This document shows positions 41,717 through 50,847 of a DNA stretch of 64,000 nucleotides, in pieces (position 1 is the stretch's first letter; every line of letters starts with the position of its first letter). The position numbers were made by a program, and so were the translations under genes. The notes under the pieces are model-generated. The model had not been told where the DNA came from, did no database searches, and saw nothing but the letters and a program-made list of their open reading frames with translations. Source of the stretch: Candidatus Moraniibacteriota bacterium (lineage in GTDB: Bacteria; Patescibacteriota; Minisyncoccia; Moranbacterales; GCA-2747515); contig JALVQA010000004.1 of assembly GCA_027031495.1 (NCBI GenBank), positions 56,070-120,069 on the forward strand, read 5' to 3'.

Positions 41717-43033
41717 ATGGATCATTTTGTCGTACATGGTGGAAAGAAACTGTCTGGCTCAATTGCCGTTAACACATCAAAAAATGCAGCTGTTGCACTT
41801 GTTATGGGCGCACTCATTAATCGCGGTAAAACAACATTGCGCAATGTGCCACGTATTGAAGAGGTTGAGCGTCTCATAGAGGTTTTGAAGAGTATTGGTG
41901 TAAAGATAACACGTGAGGGGCGAGATGTATGCATTATTCCGCCAAAGAGGATAAGTTTAAAAAATATTGATCGCGTTGCTGCAATGCGGACGCGGAGTAT
42001 TATCTTTTTGTTACCAGTTCTTGCGCGCTTTTTAAAAAAATACAAAATTCCACAATCCGGTGGTTGCCGTCTCGGTGCGCGCAGTGTTGCGCCACATGCG
42101 TACGCGCTGGAATCTTTTGGTATTGATGTTGTGGCGACGCGAACGGATTTTAGCGTGCACGCGCGACTCAGTCTGCCACAACGTACGGTTGTACTCTATG
42201 AATCTGGTGATACGGTAACGGAAAATGTGCTTTTTGCTGCCGCTCAGATACCGGGGCGTACGGAGATACACATGGCAAGTGCCAATTACATGGTGCAAGA
42301 TGTTTGTTTTTTCTTGCAAAAACTCGGTGTGAAGATAACTGGTATTGGAACGACACGCCTTGTTGTTGAAGGATGCGCCGATATTAATCGTGATGTTACT
42401 TACGAAGTAAGCGAGGACCCTATTGAGGCGATGCTATTTATTGCAACGGCAATAACAACGCGCTCAAAACTGACAATTACACGTTGCCCAATTGATTTTT
42501 TGGAGCTTGAATTGGAAAAATTACGTCGCATGGGCCTCATTTTTGACGTGAGCAATACTTACAAAGCACGCAATGGCAAGACGCGTCTTGTTGATATTAC
42601 CATATATCCGTCACATCTAAAGGCACTTCGTGAAAAGATCTATGGACGGCCATTTCCCGGCATTAACATTGATAATGTGCCATTCTTTGCACCAATTGCC
42701 GCTGTTGCGCAAGGGCGTACACTCATACATGACTGGGTTTATGAGAATCGCTCTATTTATTTTACGGAGCTGTCACGGCTCGGTGTCAGTGTAACCCTTC
42801 TTGATCCACATCGTGTCTATATTGAGGGACCAACAAAACTTATGCCGGCAGAGATGATGTCGCCACCAGCACTGCGTCCTGCTGCCATTATTCTTGTGGC
42901 GATGCTTGGCGCAAAAGGAACATCAATGTTGCGCAACGTCTATCAAATTAATCGTGGGTACGAGAATCTTACGGAGCGCTTACGCTCAATTGGCGCCGGT
43001 GTTGAACTTGTCAACGATACGTGCAGTGTGTAA
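41717..43033 (+). CDS. murA: UDP-N-acetylglucosamine 1-carboxyvinyltransferase
   Basis: SKNAA, GGCRLGAR and INRGYE. Confidence 0.92.
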   Translation: MDHFVVHGGKKLSGSIAVNTSKNAAVALVMGALINRGKTTLRNVPRIEEVERLIEVLKSIGVKITREGRDVCIIPPKRISLKNIDRVAAMRTRSIIFLLPVLARFLKKYKIPQSGGCRLGARSVAPHAYALESFGIDVVATRTDFSVHARLSLPQRTVVLYESGDTVTENVLFAAAQIPGRTEIHMASANYMVQDVCFFLQKLGVKITGIGTTRLVVEGCADINRDVTYEVSEDPIEAMLFIATAITTRSKLTITRCPIDFLELELEKLRRMGLIFDVSNTYKARNGKTRLVDITIYPSHLKALREKIYGRPFPGINIDNVPFFAPIAAVAQGRTLIHDWVYENRSIYFTELSRLGVSVTLLDPHRVYIEGPTKLMPAEMMSPPALRPAAIILVAMLGAKGTSMLRNVYQINRGYENLTERLRSIGAGVELVNDTCSV

Positions 43034-43088
43034 GGGTATGCTATAATACTATACAATCCGTATTTTCTTAATTTGTATAGAGTGGAGC

Positions 43089-44102
43089 ATGTCTTTTTTT
43101 ACAACGAAAATCGGTATTGATCTTGGTACGGCGAATACGCTTGTTTTTGTGCCGGGTAAGGGTATTGTTGCAAACGAACCGTCGGTTGTTGCAATATCAA
43201 TTGTGGAAAATAGTGTCATTGCCGTTGGTAATGAAGCAAAAGAAATGCTTGGTCGCACGCCGGATCAAATTATGACAAGCCGTCCATTGCGTGATGGTGC
43301 AATTGCTGATTATCGCATAACAGAGGCAATGTTGCGCTATTTTATAGGCAAGGTTGTGAAAAAATACCAGCCATTTCGTGCTGAAGTTCTCGTTTCCATT
43401 CCTGCCGGCATCACATCAACGGAGCGTCGCGCTGTCATTGATGCTGCCATAAAGGCTGGCGCAAAGCGCGCATACGTTGTCAAGGAGCCAATTCTTGCCG
43501 CGCTTGGCGCGAATATTCCCATTCATGGACCGCAGGGGAATATGATTATTGATATTGGCGGTGGCACAACGGAAATCGCAATTTTATCGCTTGGTGGCAT
43601 TGTGGCTGCGACAAGTGCGCGCGTCGGTGGCGATCGCTTTGATCAAGCAATCATTGACTATATCAAGCGCAATCACAGTTTTGCCATTGGTGAGCGCACT
43701 GCCGAAGAAATTAAGAAAAAAATTGGTTCCGCAATCCTTTTTGCTAAAGAAGAAATAATGGAGGTACGTGGACGCGATTTAACGGGTGGTCTGCCGCGTA
43801 CAATTAAAATCACATCTACGGAAGTGACGGAAGCATTGCAGGATGAATTACGTGAAGTTATTAATGCTATCCGTAAGGTGCTGCAAGAAACACCACCGGA
43901 GTTGGCGGCAGATATTATGGATAAAGGCATGATTCTTTCCGGCGGTGGCGCGCTTTTACGTAATCTTGATCGCCTCATCACAAAAACGATTGGCGTGCCG
44001 TGTTTTATTGCAGAAGACCCACAGCTTTGTGTGGCGCGCGGCACAAGTATGGTGCTTGAGCATCTTGATGTTTACAAACGTTCTCTACTTGTTGATAAAT
44101 AA
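43089..44102 (+). CDS. mreB: Rod-shape protein MreB
   Basis: IGIDLGTANT, IDIGGGTTE and LSGGGALL. Confidence 0.96.
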   Translation: MSFFTTKIGIDLGTANTLVFVPGKGIVANEPSVVAISIVENSVIAVGNEAKEMLGRTPDQIMTSRPLRDGAIADYRITEAMLRYFIGKVVKKYQPFRAEVLVSIPAGITSTERRAVIDAAIKAGAKRAYVVKEPILAALGANIPIHGPQGNMIIDIGGGTTEIAILSLGGIVAATSARVGGDRFDQAIIDYIKRNHSFAIGERTAEEIKKKIGSAILFAKEEIMEVRGRDLTGGLPRTIKITSTEVTEALQDELREVINAIRKVLQETPPELAADIMDKGMILSGGGALLRNLDRLITKTIGVPCFIAEDPQLCVARGTSMVLEHLDVYKRSLLVDK

Positions 44103-45384
44103 GTCTAGTGTTTTTTCTATCGTCTTTTTCATTCTGTATGCTCGCAAGTAACACAAGGAGCCAAAAAATAAGCGCAAGATCATTTTTCCAGTAGGGCGTG
44201 TCAACAAGCCCATGTATCATAATGATGCCAAGTGCACACATAGCACCGAGTACAATGATATCATCTTTTGCGTATTTTTTCTTTTGTACAATGCAAATGT
44301 ACTTTTTACCTATGAGCAATACGACAAGTATAAAGCCACAGAGGCCGATTATGCCAGTCTGAAGCCAAAAAGCAAGAAAGAGATTGTGTGGTTGTGGAAC
44401 TGCCCATTCCGGATAAGGTGGGTAGTTTTTTTGATATGCAAGGTAGACAAATTGAAAATTACCTGGTCCAACACCAAAAAGCGGGTGATCCGCAATAATG
44501 TCAGTGGCAACATGCCAGATTACATATCGTGATGCGAGAGAAGAGTGGTGTGAATATGTAAAGAAGTCTTGTATGCGTGGTGTGCGCCAAAGTGTAGCAA
44601 GTACAAGGGAAAATATTAGGGAAAGTGCGAGCATGCTACCGGTAAACATACGCCATGACCGATAGTATGATGCGAAAAAAAGCACAAGGCCACCACTTGC
44701 CGCGATAATGCCGCCAAGGGAGCGTGTGAGTACAAGTACGATGCCGGTAAGTATAAGTGCAAAGACGATAAATATATACGTTTTCCTTGAGTGATGATAA
44801 TGTCGTACCAATATATAATCGGTAAACATGAGTGGAATAATCGGTGCCAGTGACATGGCAAGGTGATTAGGGGAGAGGTAGAACGCGCGCAAACGGTGGT
44901 CATAGGTAAAAATATCTAAAAAAGCATAAATAATTGCTGCAGTAGCGACAAAGGCACCACCGACGATTAGCGCACGGAAGATGTGTATGCGCGAGATGAT
45001 TGCGTGCCGCAGCGCATAGTGCACGCAGAGCAAAAACACAAACGGCACCACAAACCACCCCTTCACAATTCCAAGTCCGGTGTGCCACGCGCCGCCGGCG
45101 GCTGTAGAGAGAAATGTGCCTATAGTCATGAGCGTCCACGCTATAAGCACAATCCGCAGCGGCGTGTTATCTCGCAAAAAGTGCTGAAAGCACCTGCGCG
45201 CGCCACTCTTTGTTTTTGTGCCCCAAGCGTGCCACAGTGTTATACCGACGATTATTAACACCAATACCTCCAATACATTTGTTGGTATGTCAAAAATGGA
45301 AAATCGTATCAGATATAGTGGTGATGCAAGAATTGTGAGCGGAATTAGTGTGCGAAGGGTAATTTTTGTAAAATGATGTAGCAT
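44005..45384 (-). CDS. O-antigen ligase family (Wzy_C) protein
   Basis: Multi-TM; SPNHLA, SLASRYVIW, GVGPGNF, PHNLFL and HGLVDTPYWKND. Confidence 0.85.
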   Translation of the reverse strand: MLHHFTKITLRTLIPLTILASPLYLIRFSIFDIPTNVLEVLVLIIVGITLWHAWGTKTKSGARRCFQHFLRDNTPLRIVLIAWTLMTIGTFLSTAAGGAWHTGLGIVKGWFVVPFVFLLCVHYALRHAIISRIHIFRALIVGGAFVATAAIIYAFLDIFTYDHRLRAFYLSPNHLAMSLAPIIPLMFTDYILVRHYHHSRKTYIFIVFALILTGIVLVLTRSLGGIIAASGGLVLFFASYYRSWRMFTGSMLALSLIFSLVLATLWRTPRIQDFFTYSHHSSLASRYVIWHVATDIIADHPLFGVGPGNFQFVYLAYQKNYPPYPEWAVPQPHNLFLAFWLQTGIIGLCGFILVVLLIGKKYICIVQKKKYAKDDIIVLGAMCALGIIMIHGLVDTPYWKNDLALIFWLLVLLASIQNEKDDRKNTRLIYQQVENVCKHQDAQAPYLCRAPHKAVGLLQ

Positions 45385-46200
45385 TTATTGTAGCGGACTT
45401 TTAATATTTTTTAGCTTTGGATTTGTTATTTTGGCGTATATTTGTGTCGTGCGGATATTTGTGTGTCCCAGAAGCTCTTGAACATAGCGCATATCGGTGC
45501 CATTTTCAAGGAGGTGAGTAGCAAAAGAATGTCGCAGAGAATGAAAAGTGGCAGGTTTTTTAATCTGTGCTTTTATCAGGCTCTTGCGAAACATTTTTTG
45601 CAATGAAGTGGTTGTCAGTTTATCGCCACGATTAGAACCGAAGACAAAATCGTTCGCATTTTTCCCGGCAATAATATTCCGCAAGTCATTTTGCAGCCTC
45701 TCGGGTAGTACTGAGATCCTGTCTTTCTTTCCCTTTGCCTCTTTGATATGCACTATCAGTTCATCAATATCCAAATCGACCACACGCAAGTTAATGACTT
45801 CGCTAACACGCAATCCACAGGCATAGCCGAGTGAAATCATAAGGCGGTATTTTACATTATCAGTTGCGTTGATAATTTTTTCAATTTCTTCTCGCGACAA
45901 AACAACTGGCAATTTCTTATTTCTTTTGGCAAATTTTAAATCAATCTTCTGTGGATCTTTCAAAACTTCCGCATATAAAAATTTTACGGCATTGAGTGCA
46001 AGGTTGATGGTTTGTGGAGATTGCTTGCGTTTATGCTTATCAAGCAAAAATTCCTCAATAGCTTTTCGCTTATCTTTGATTCTGTTTTTCTTAGAAAAGG
46101 TGATATAATCTTTAATGTAAAGCAAATAGGCTTTACGCGTTTTAGGGGAGTAGTTGCGCAGTCGCAACAGCCGGTCGGTTTTCTCTAAAATTTTATCCAT
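45385..46200 (-). CDS. Short integron-integrase-like tyrosine recombinase
   Basis: N-terminal LRNYSPKTRKAY (SAM-like), KLPVVLS and catalytic GLRVSE, KGKKDR, HSLRHSFATHLLE, LGH, TTQIY; no IntI-specific insertion. Confidence 0.88.
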   Translation of the reverse strand: MDKILEKTDRLLRLRNYSPKTRKAYLLYIKDYITFSKKNRIKDKRKAIEEFLLDKHKRKQSPQTINLALNAVKFLYAEVLKDPQKIDLKFAKRNKKLPVVLSREEIEKIINATDNVKYRLMISLGYACGLRVSEVINLRVVDLDIDELIVHIKEAKGKKDRISVLPERLQNDLRNIIAGKNANDFVFGSNRGDKLTTTSLQKMFRKSLIKAQIKKPATFHSLRHSFATHLLENGTDMRYVQELLGHTNIRTTQIYAKITNPKLKNIKSPLQ

Positions 46201-46349
46201 ACAGGAATTGTAGCAAAAGTTTGTATAACATACAATCTTTTGCTACAATTCAGACGTAGAGTGTAGATAAAAACCAGTTATATTCAATTACGAGCCAGCC
46301 AGCCATACAAAGCATTACATTTATATAATTTAATCAAATATCAATTCTT

Positions 46350-46757
46350 ATGAGTGAATTTAATCATGTTGCAAAAAATCTTCAAGAAGAAAAGAAAGTA
46401 GTTTTTACTGCCCAATCTTGCAAGAACTTCCATCAAAGAATGTTAATCTGTAAGCACGCCTTTGAACAAGGTGTTATTCCCATAAACCCTTTTAATGTAT
46501 TCGGTTATTATCTCTATGAATTAGTTGAAAGAGACTTAGTTAGAAATGGAAATAATAACCTCATGAAAAGATGTGATGAATTATGGGTTTATGGAGAAAT
46601 TAGTGATGGAGTTCTTGCTGAAATTCAAATGTTTAAAAAATTAGGCAAACCTATAAGATTTTTTGACATTTCAAAATTACCTAAAGAAGTCAAAGAGATT
46701 TCTAAACACGAATTGATATTTGAAGATGAAGTAAGAGAATTTGCTGATTCTATCTAA
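46350..46757 (+). CDS. Cassette gene 1: nucleoside 2-deoxyribosyltransferase-like/DUF4406-type protein
   Basis: IPINPF...LMKRCDELWVYGEISDGVLAEI...GKPIRFF; AT-rich. Confidence 0.7.
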   Translation: MSEFNHVAKNLQEEKKVVFTAQSCKNFHQRMLICKHAFEQGVIPINPFNVFGYYLYELVERDLVRNGNNNLMKRCDELWVYGEISDGVLAEIQMFKKLGKPIRFFDISKLPKEVKEISKHELIFEDEVREFADSI

Positions 46758-46822
46758 CGGGCTGGCTCGTAACTCTGAAATTTTCCTTCGGAACGTTGCA
46801 CTAAATTTCAGCCATTCGGGGA

Positions 46823-46910
46823 ATATAACAAGGGATATGAGGTTACGAAGTCTTGCAGACTTCTTCACCCAAATTGCTATCGCAACTTCAGATATTCAGA
46901 AACGTTATAT
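46823..46910 (+). repeat. attC-like recombination site
   Basis: ATATAAC (46823-46829) and GTTATAT (46904-46910) enclose an imperfect inner IR ggatatgaggtt/aacttcagatattc and hairpin aagtct-tgc-agactt. Confidence 0.65.
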
Positions 46911-46944
46911 GAAATAAAATTTTAATTTTAACCACATTCAAAAA

Positions 46945-47289
46945 ATGAAAAAAATAAATCTGATTGTAATTTCAAAGATAATAGCATCCATTATTCTAAT
47001 ATGTCAGTTCATCCCTTCTACTTGGTGGACAATATTTGTTATGTGGGCATACTCTGACTTAGCAAATTTACTATCTTTCCCATTGGAATACCTTTTATTG
47101 ATTGGTATGTATTTAATGCCACTATCTTTTTCTATCTTTTCTATTTTATATTCTAAACATTTCTACTCTGATAATAACTATAAAAAATATATAAGTAGAT
47201 TGTTATTTGTTTTCAATTTGTTATTACTCATTTTTATGATTCACTTTTTCATTTCAGCAGGGATTGGAATGTATCCGGCATTTGACTAA
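46945..47289 (+). CDS. Cassette gene 2: hypothetical membrane protein
   Basis: 114 aa, 3 TMs, very AT-rich, bounded by inverted repeats. Confidence 0.65.
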   Translation: MKKINLIVISKIIASIILICQFIPSTWWTIFVMWAYSDLANLLSFPLEYLLLIGMYLMPLSFSIFSILYSKHFYSDNNYKKYISRLLFVFNLLLLIFMIHFFISAGIGMYPAFD

Positions 47290-47475
47290 AGCTAACGAAA
47301 ATTAAAAATTTACGTCATATAACAGCGTGTATCCGGTTCGGCAGATTTGACGCAATTAGGTTCAAAAGGAATGTCAAATCAGCCTCTCCCAAATTTCGCA
47401 AAAAACAATTAGATTTTGGTCTAGGATACTTTAGCACCTAAACCATGCTAAAATGGTTAGCTACTCTTGTGCCTA

Positions 47476-47750
47476 TGATTGATATTGGTCGCGTTGGTGG
47501 ACGCATTGAACATGACGAAGAGTCAGAGATTGTCTTATGAGGGAAATTCGCGAAGAGATTGTGTGATACTAAAAAACAGCGCCACCATCTTAAATCAGTA
47601 CAGGAGAAAGAGGATACAGATGTAGAAGATTATATCTTTGCTACAGAATTGTCCGAGGACGTTGATGAATTAAGTTTACACGAAGGACGCGCTATGCGGT
47701 TCTTTGCGCTCGGGGAGCTATTAGTTTTGGATATTGTGCGCCACACTATA
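47476..47750 (+). pseudogene. Frameshifted NUDIX hydrolase remnant
   Basis: GGRIEHDEESE and CLMREIREEI in different frames; LHEGRAMRFF. Confidence 0.55.
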
Positions 47751-47836
47751 GGAGTGTCATTATCAACTTCTTAAACCATAGACATGGTGATAAATAGTGT
47801 GGGCTTTTAGCTTTAGGCGCTATTTGTTCTGAGGGA

Positions 47837-49108
47837 TTAATCACTTCCCTTTGCGTAGGTGCTTGCGGCAAGGATGATGAGGAGAAGGGGGAGCGTGTGA
47901 ACGCTAAAGAGCATGGTGTCAAAGAGTCCGTGCGTGCTGAGAATGACAAGACTTGTGGCGCCGGCGAGACCGTGAGCGCGTGGATGGTAGCGCAGGAAGC
48001 GCGCAATGGCGGTGAGAATAAGCGCAATCCAGATGAGTGCTGTGAAGATGCCTGTTTCTGCAGCAATGTCCAGGTAGAGGTTGTGTGCGTAGTACGGGTC
48101 GCGGTAGTCAGCCTGCGGATTGACGGTGAGGGGATAGTTACCAAGACCGACGCCGAGAAGCGGATGGTCTATGATGATGTTGGCGGCATCCCGCCAAATG
48201 AGAACGCGCTGGGTGATGGAGGAGTCCGGGTTGCTGATGATGGAAAAGGCGCGTGCGCCAAGAGGTGTGCTAAAGAGAAGAATGCCAACAACACCAAGTG
48301 TGCCAAGTGTAGTGAGGAAGAGTTTGCGCACAGAGATGGTGCGCGCTCGGATAAGGAGCGTTGCAACTGCAAAGAGTGCGCCAACAAAGAGTGCGACGTA
48401 GGCGCCACGTGTGAACGTGGTGAGTGTGGCGCCGATGAGAAGCGCACTGCCAATGAGCCACAGTAGACGTTTCTTGCGTGTGTGTGCAGTGACGGCGGCA
48501 GCCAGCGCGAATGGTACAAGCATCTCAAAGAAGAACGCGGCCACGTGCGGATCTGGGAAGAAGCCGACGGCGCGCAGGTAGTCTGTGCCGGCGATGTTGA
48601 CGTAGGCGCTGGAGTACGTCGCGACCGTGTGCGCAAACGTCTGCCCGAGGAAGAGTGGTGCGATAAGCGCTCCCCAGAAGTGCATAACGGCATCTGCACC
48701 AACAATAAACTGCGCCGCCCATAGGGTGAGTGCGATGGCGGCAGCGGCGATGCCACCAAGAAGTGCCGTGCGCAGCAGCTGTGCCGCTGCTGCCCACGAG
48801 CGTACCGTGCCGGTAATGACAAAAAACAGCACAAAGAAATTCAGAAGAAATATGAATTTTCGTATAAACCATGTGTAGTCGTGTGCATTGAAAGATGAAA
48901 GAAGTGTGCTTGCGAGAAAGGCGGCAATGAGCAGTGGGATAGATGAGCGTGTAAAAGAAAGTGTACTGGTGACGGTAATGTGTATAAGAAAGGCAAAAAA
49001 GGCAAATGTGATAAGAATGCGAATGAGCGCAATATCAAAACCGCTCAATGGCGAAAGAGCTATCTGAAATGGAATAATAAATGCTAAGAGTGTGAGAAAT
49101 TTCTGCAT
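47837..49108 (-). CDS. O-antigen ligase family protein
   Basis: RAVGFFPDPH, TFTRGAY, RVLIW, GVGLGNY and AHNLYL. Confidence 0.85.
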   Translation of the reverse strand: MQKFLTLLAFIIPFQIALSPLSGFDIALIRILITFAFFAFLIHITVTSTLSFTRSSIPLLIAAFLASTLLSSFNAHDYTWFIRKFIFLLNFFVLFFVITGTVRSWAAAAQLLRTALLGGIAAAAIALTLWAAQFIVGADAVMHFWGALIAPLFLGQTFAHTVATYSSAYVNIAGTDYLRAVGFFPDPHVAAFFFEMLVPFALAAAVTAHTRKKRLLWLIGSALLIGATLTTFTRGAYVALFVGALFAVATLLIRARTISVRKLFLTTLGTLGVVGILLFSTPLGARAFSIISNPDSSITQRVLIWRDAANIIIDHPLLGVGLGNYPLTVNPQADYRDPYYAHNLYLDIAAETGIFTALIWIALILTAIARFLRYHPRAHGLAGATSLVILSTHGLFDTMLFSVHTLPLLLIILAASTYAKGSD

Positions 49109-49143
49109 GATAATACAAACGGCTTCTTTTCAGAGTAGCATGT

Positions 49144-50019
49144 TTAGCGCCATCGTCGCCAGAGTGCGCGCATAATACGCTGTGCTGTTGCGTAAAGAAT
49201 AGTATGGTGCGTACGAAAATAGAGGTCTTGCCCAGTATCGTAATGACGTTTTTGTTCTGTAAAACTTGCAAAACTCTGACCACTTTTATGAATGACTGTT
49301 ACGCGTGGATCAAAAATAATCTTTCTCTTTTGTTTTTTAAGGCGTGTGCAGAGATCAGTGTCTTCAAAATAGAGAAAGTAGCGCTCATCAAAACTGCCAA
49401 TTGACATAAAATCATGTACCCGTACGAACATTGCCGCGCCACTAACCCAGTCAACGGATGTTGGCGTTGATGGCAATTTTCTTTTGAGAATTTTTTCGCG
49501 CAAAATACGCAAGAGTGTCGGTTTTTTGCCGGCGCAGTAAGGATCGTATACACCGTGTTCATCTACGAGTTGTGGTGCAACAACGGCAACAGACCTGTCG
49601 ACAAAGTGTGTAAAGAGTGGCGCAACTGTTTGTATAAGAAATGCATCGGGGTTAAGAATTGCATGAATGTGAACATATTTCTCTGCAGAATATTTTTGTG
49701 CAATGGTTGCAATAGCACGATTGTGACCGGCGCCAAAGCCGCGATTTTTTTGTGCAATGATAGTAAGTGGCAGTGTAGTTTTCAGAGAGAGGTTTTCATG
49801 TGAGTGATTGACGACAATTATCTCTGCGAGATGTGGAATGTAGTGTTCCGCACGTGCAACGCACTCTTTTATGATTTTTGCGGTGTTAAAATTGACGATA
49901 CTCGCCGTTACGATGAAGCGTTGCTCTTTAGCAGTGGGAGATGTAGTGTTTGCGCGCGTTGCGGAAATCTTTGAATGCGCGACGGACGTGTGGTGCAAGT
50001 TTTTTGTCGGATGGGGCAT
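49144..50019 (-). CDS. Glycosyltransferase family 2
   Basis: NRGFGAGHN, LNPDA, WVSGAAM and FDERYFLYFEDTDLC. Confidence 0.88.
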   Translation of the reverse strand: MPHPTKNLHHTSVAHSKISATRANTTSPTAKEQRFIVTASIVNFNTAKIIKECVARAEHYIPHLAEIIVVNHSHENLSLKTTLPLTIIAQKNRGFGAGHNRAIATIAQKYSAEKYVHIHAILNPDAFLIQTVAPLFTHFVDRSVAVVAPQLVDEHGVYDPYCAGKKPTLLRILREKILKRKLPSTPTSVDWVSGAAMFVRVHDFMSIGSFDERYFLYFEDTDLCTRLKKQKRKIIFDPRVTVIHKSGQSFASFTEQKRHYDTGQDLYFRTHHTILYATAQRIMRALWRRWR

Positions 50020-50812
50020 AGTAACCTTTTAGTATGCGAAGAGGGATAATAATTTTGTAGAGTATTTTATGATACCACGATGCGTGTGCCGTAAAAAAGA
50101 GAAGTGCGCTCAAGACGAGCCAATATACTTTGAGCGGTCTATTGTGCGGCGCCTCACTTACCTCATAGTGAAGTGCTCTTGCGCGGGGCACAACGCCGAC
50201 GACAAAGTGTTTTTTGCGTGCACAGTATGAAAAATCAGCATCTTCGTAGTAGAGAAAGTATGATTCATTGAGTAGGCCGATTTCCTTAAACACATCTTTG
50301 TGAATACTTACAACACATCCGGTTGCACTCTCTGTCGGTATGACGGTTGTTGTGTGTGTGGTGTGTGGGGTGGTTGTGGTATGCATGATGCGCATAGCGT
50401 GCCAGTTAACTGTCGCACCGGCATACCAAATCTTACCAGATGGCTCTGTGATAATTGGACATAAAACTGACGGTTTTGCACATTTTTCGCCGGCACGTAC
50501 AAGGCGCGCAATAGTTGTTGTTTCAATGATTGCATCGCTATTGATGAGGATGACGTAATCAGCGCCACGTTCAAGGGCAAAGCGAATGCCAACGTTATTG
50601 CCGGCTGCAAAGCCGATATTTTTTGAATTTCTTATAAACTCAGCATGCTGAAATCGCTCTCGTGCTTCTTCGAGAGAGCCGTCTGTAGATGCGTTATCTA
50701 CAACAACTACGTGAAAGTCACCATTGTACTGCGTGCGAAAAACGGCGTTAAGACATGCATCAAGAGTCTCACCGCTATTATAGTTGAGAATAACCGCGTA
50801 AACTTTTGGCAT
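49928..50812 (-). CDS. Glycosyltransferase family 2
   Basis: VILNYN, VDNASTD, GFAAGNN and YFLYYEDAD. Confidence 0.9.
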   Translation of the reverse strand: MPKVYAVILNYNSGETLDACLNAVFRTQYNGDFHVVVVDNASTDGSLEEARERFQHAEFIRNSKNIGFAAGNNVGIRFALERGADYVILINSDAIIETTTIARLVRAGEKCAKPSVLCPIITEPSGKIWYAGATVNWHAMRIMHTTTTPHTTHTTTVIPTESATGCVVSIHKDVFKEIGLLNESYFLYYEDADFSYCARKKHFVVGVVPRARALHYEVSEAPHNRPLKVYWLVLSALLFFTAHASWYHKILYKIIIPLRILKGYYAPSDKKLAPHVRRAFKDFRNARKHYISHC

Positions 50813-50847
50813 ACGCTTTTTTTATTATGCTTTTTATGTTTTGTTTT

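Noticed and set aside
44005-44102. Functional antisense overlap of mreB and the O-antigen ligase gene
   Set aside because: Most simply explained by a lost stop codon extending a non-conserved tail.
45385-46200. XerC/XerD or prophage integrase
   Set aside because: The IntI-like N-terminus and adjacent GTT/AAC-bounded cassettes fit better, and no phage genes are nearby.
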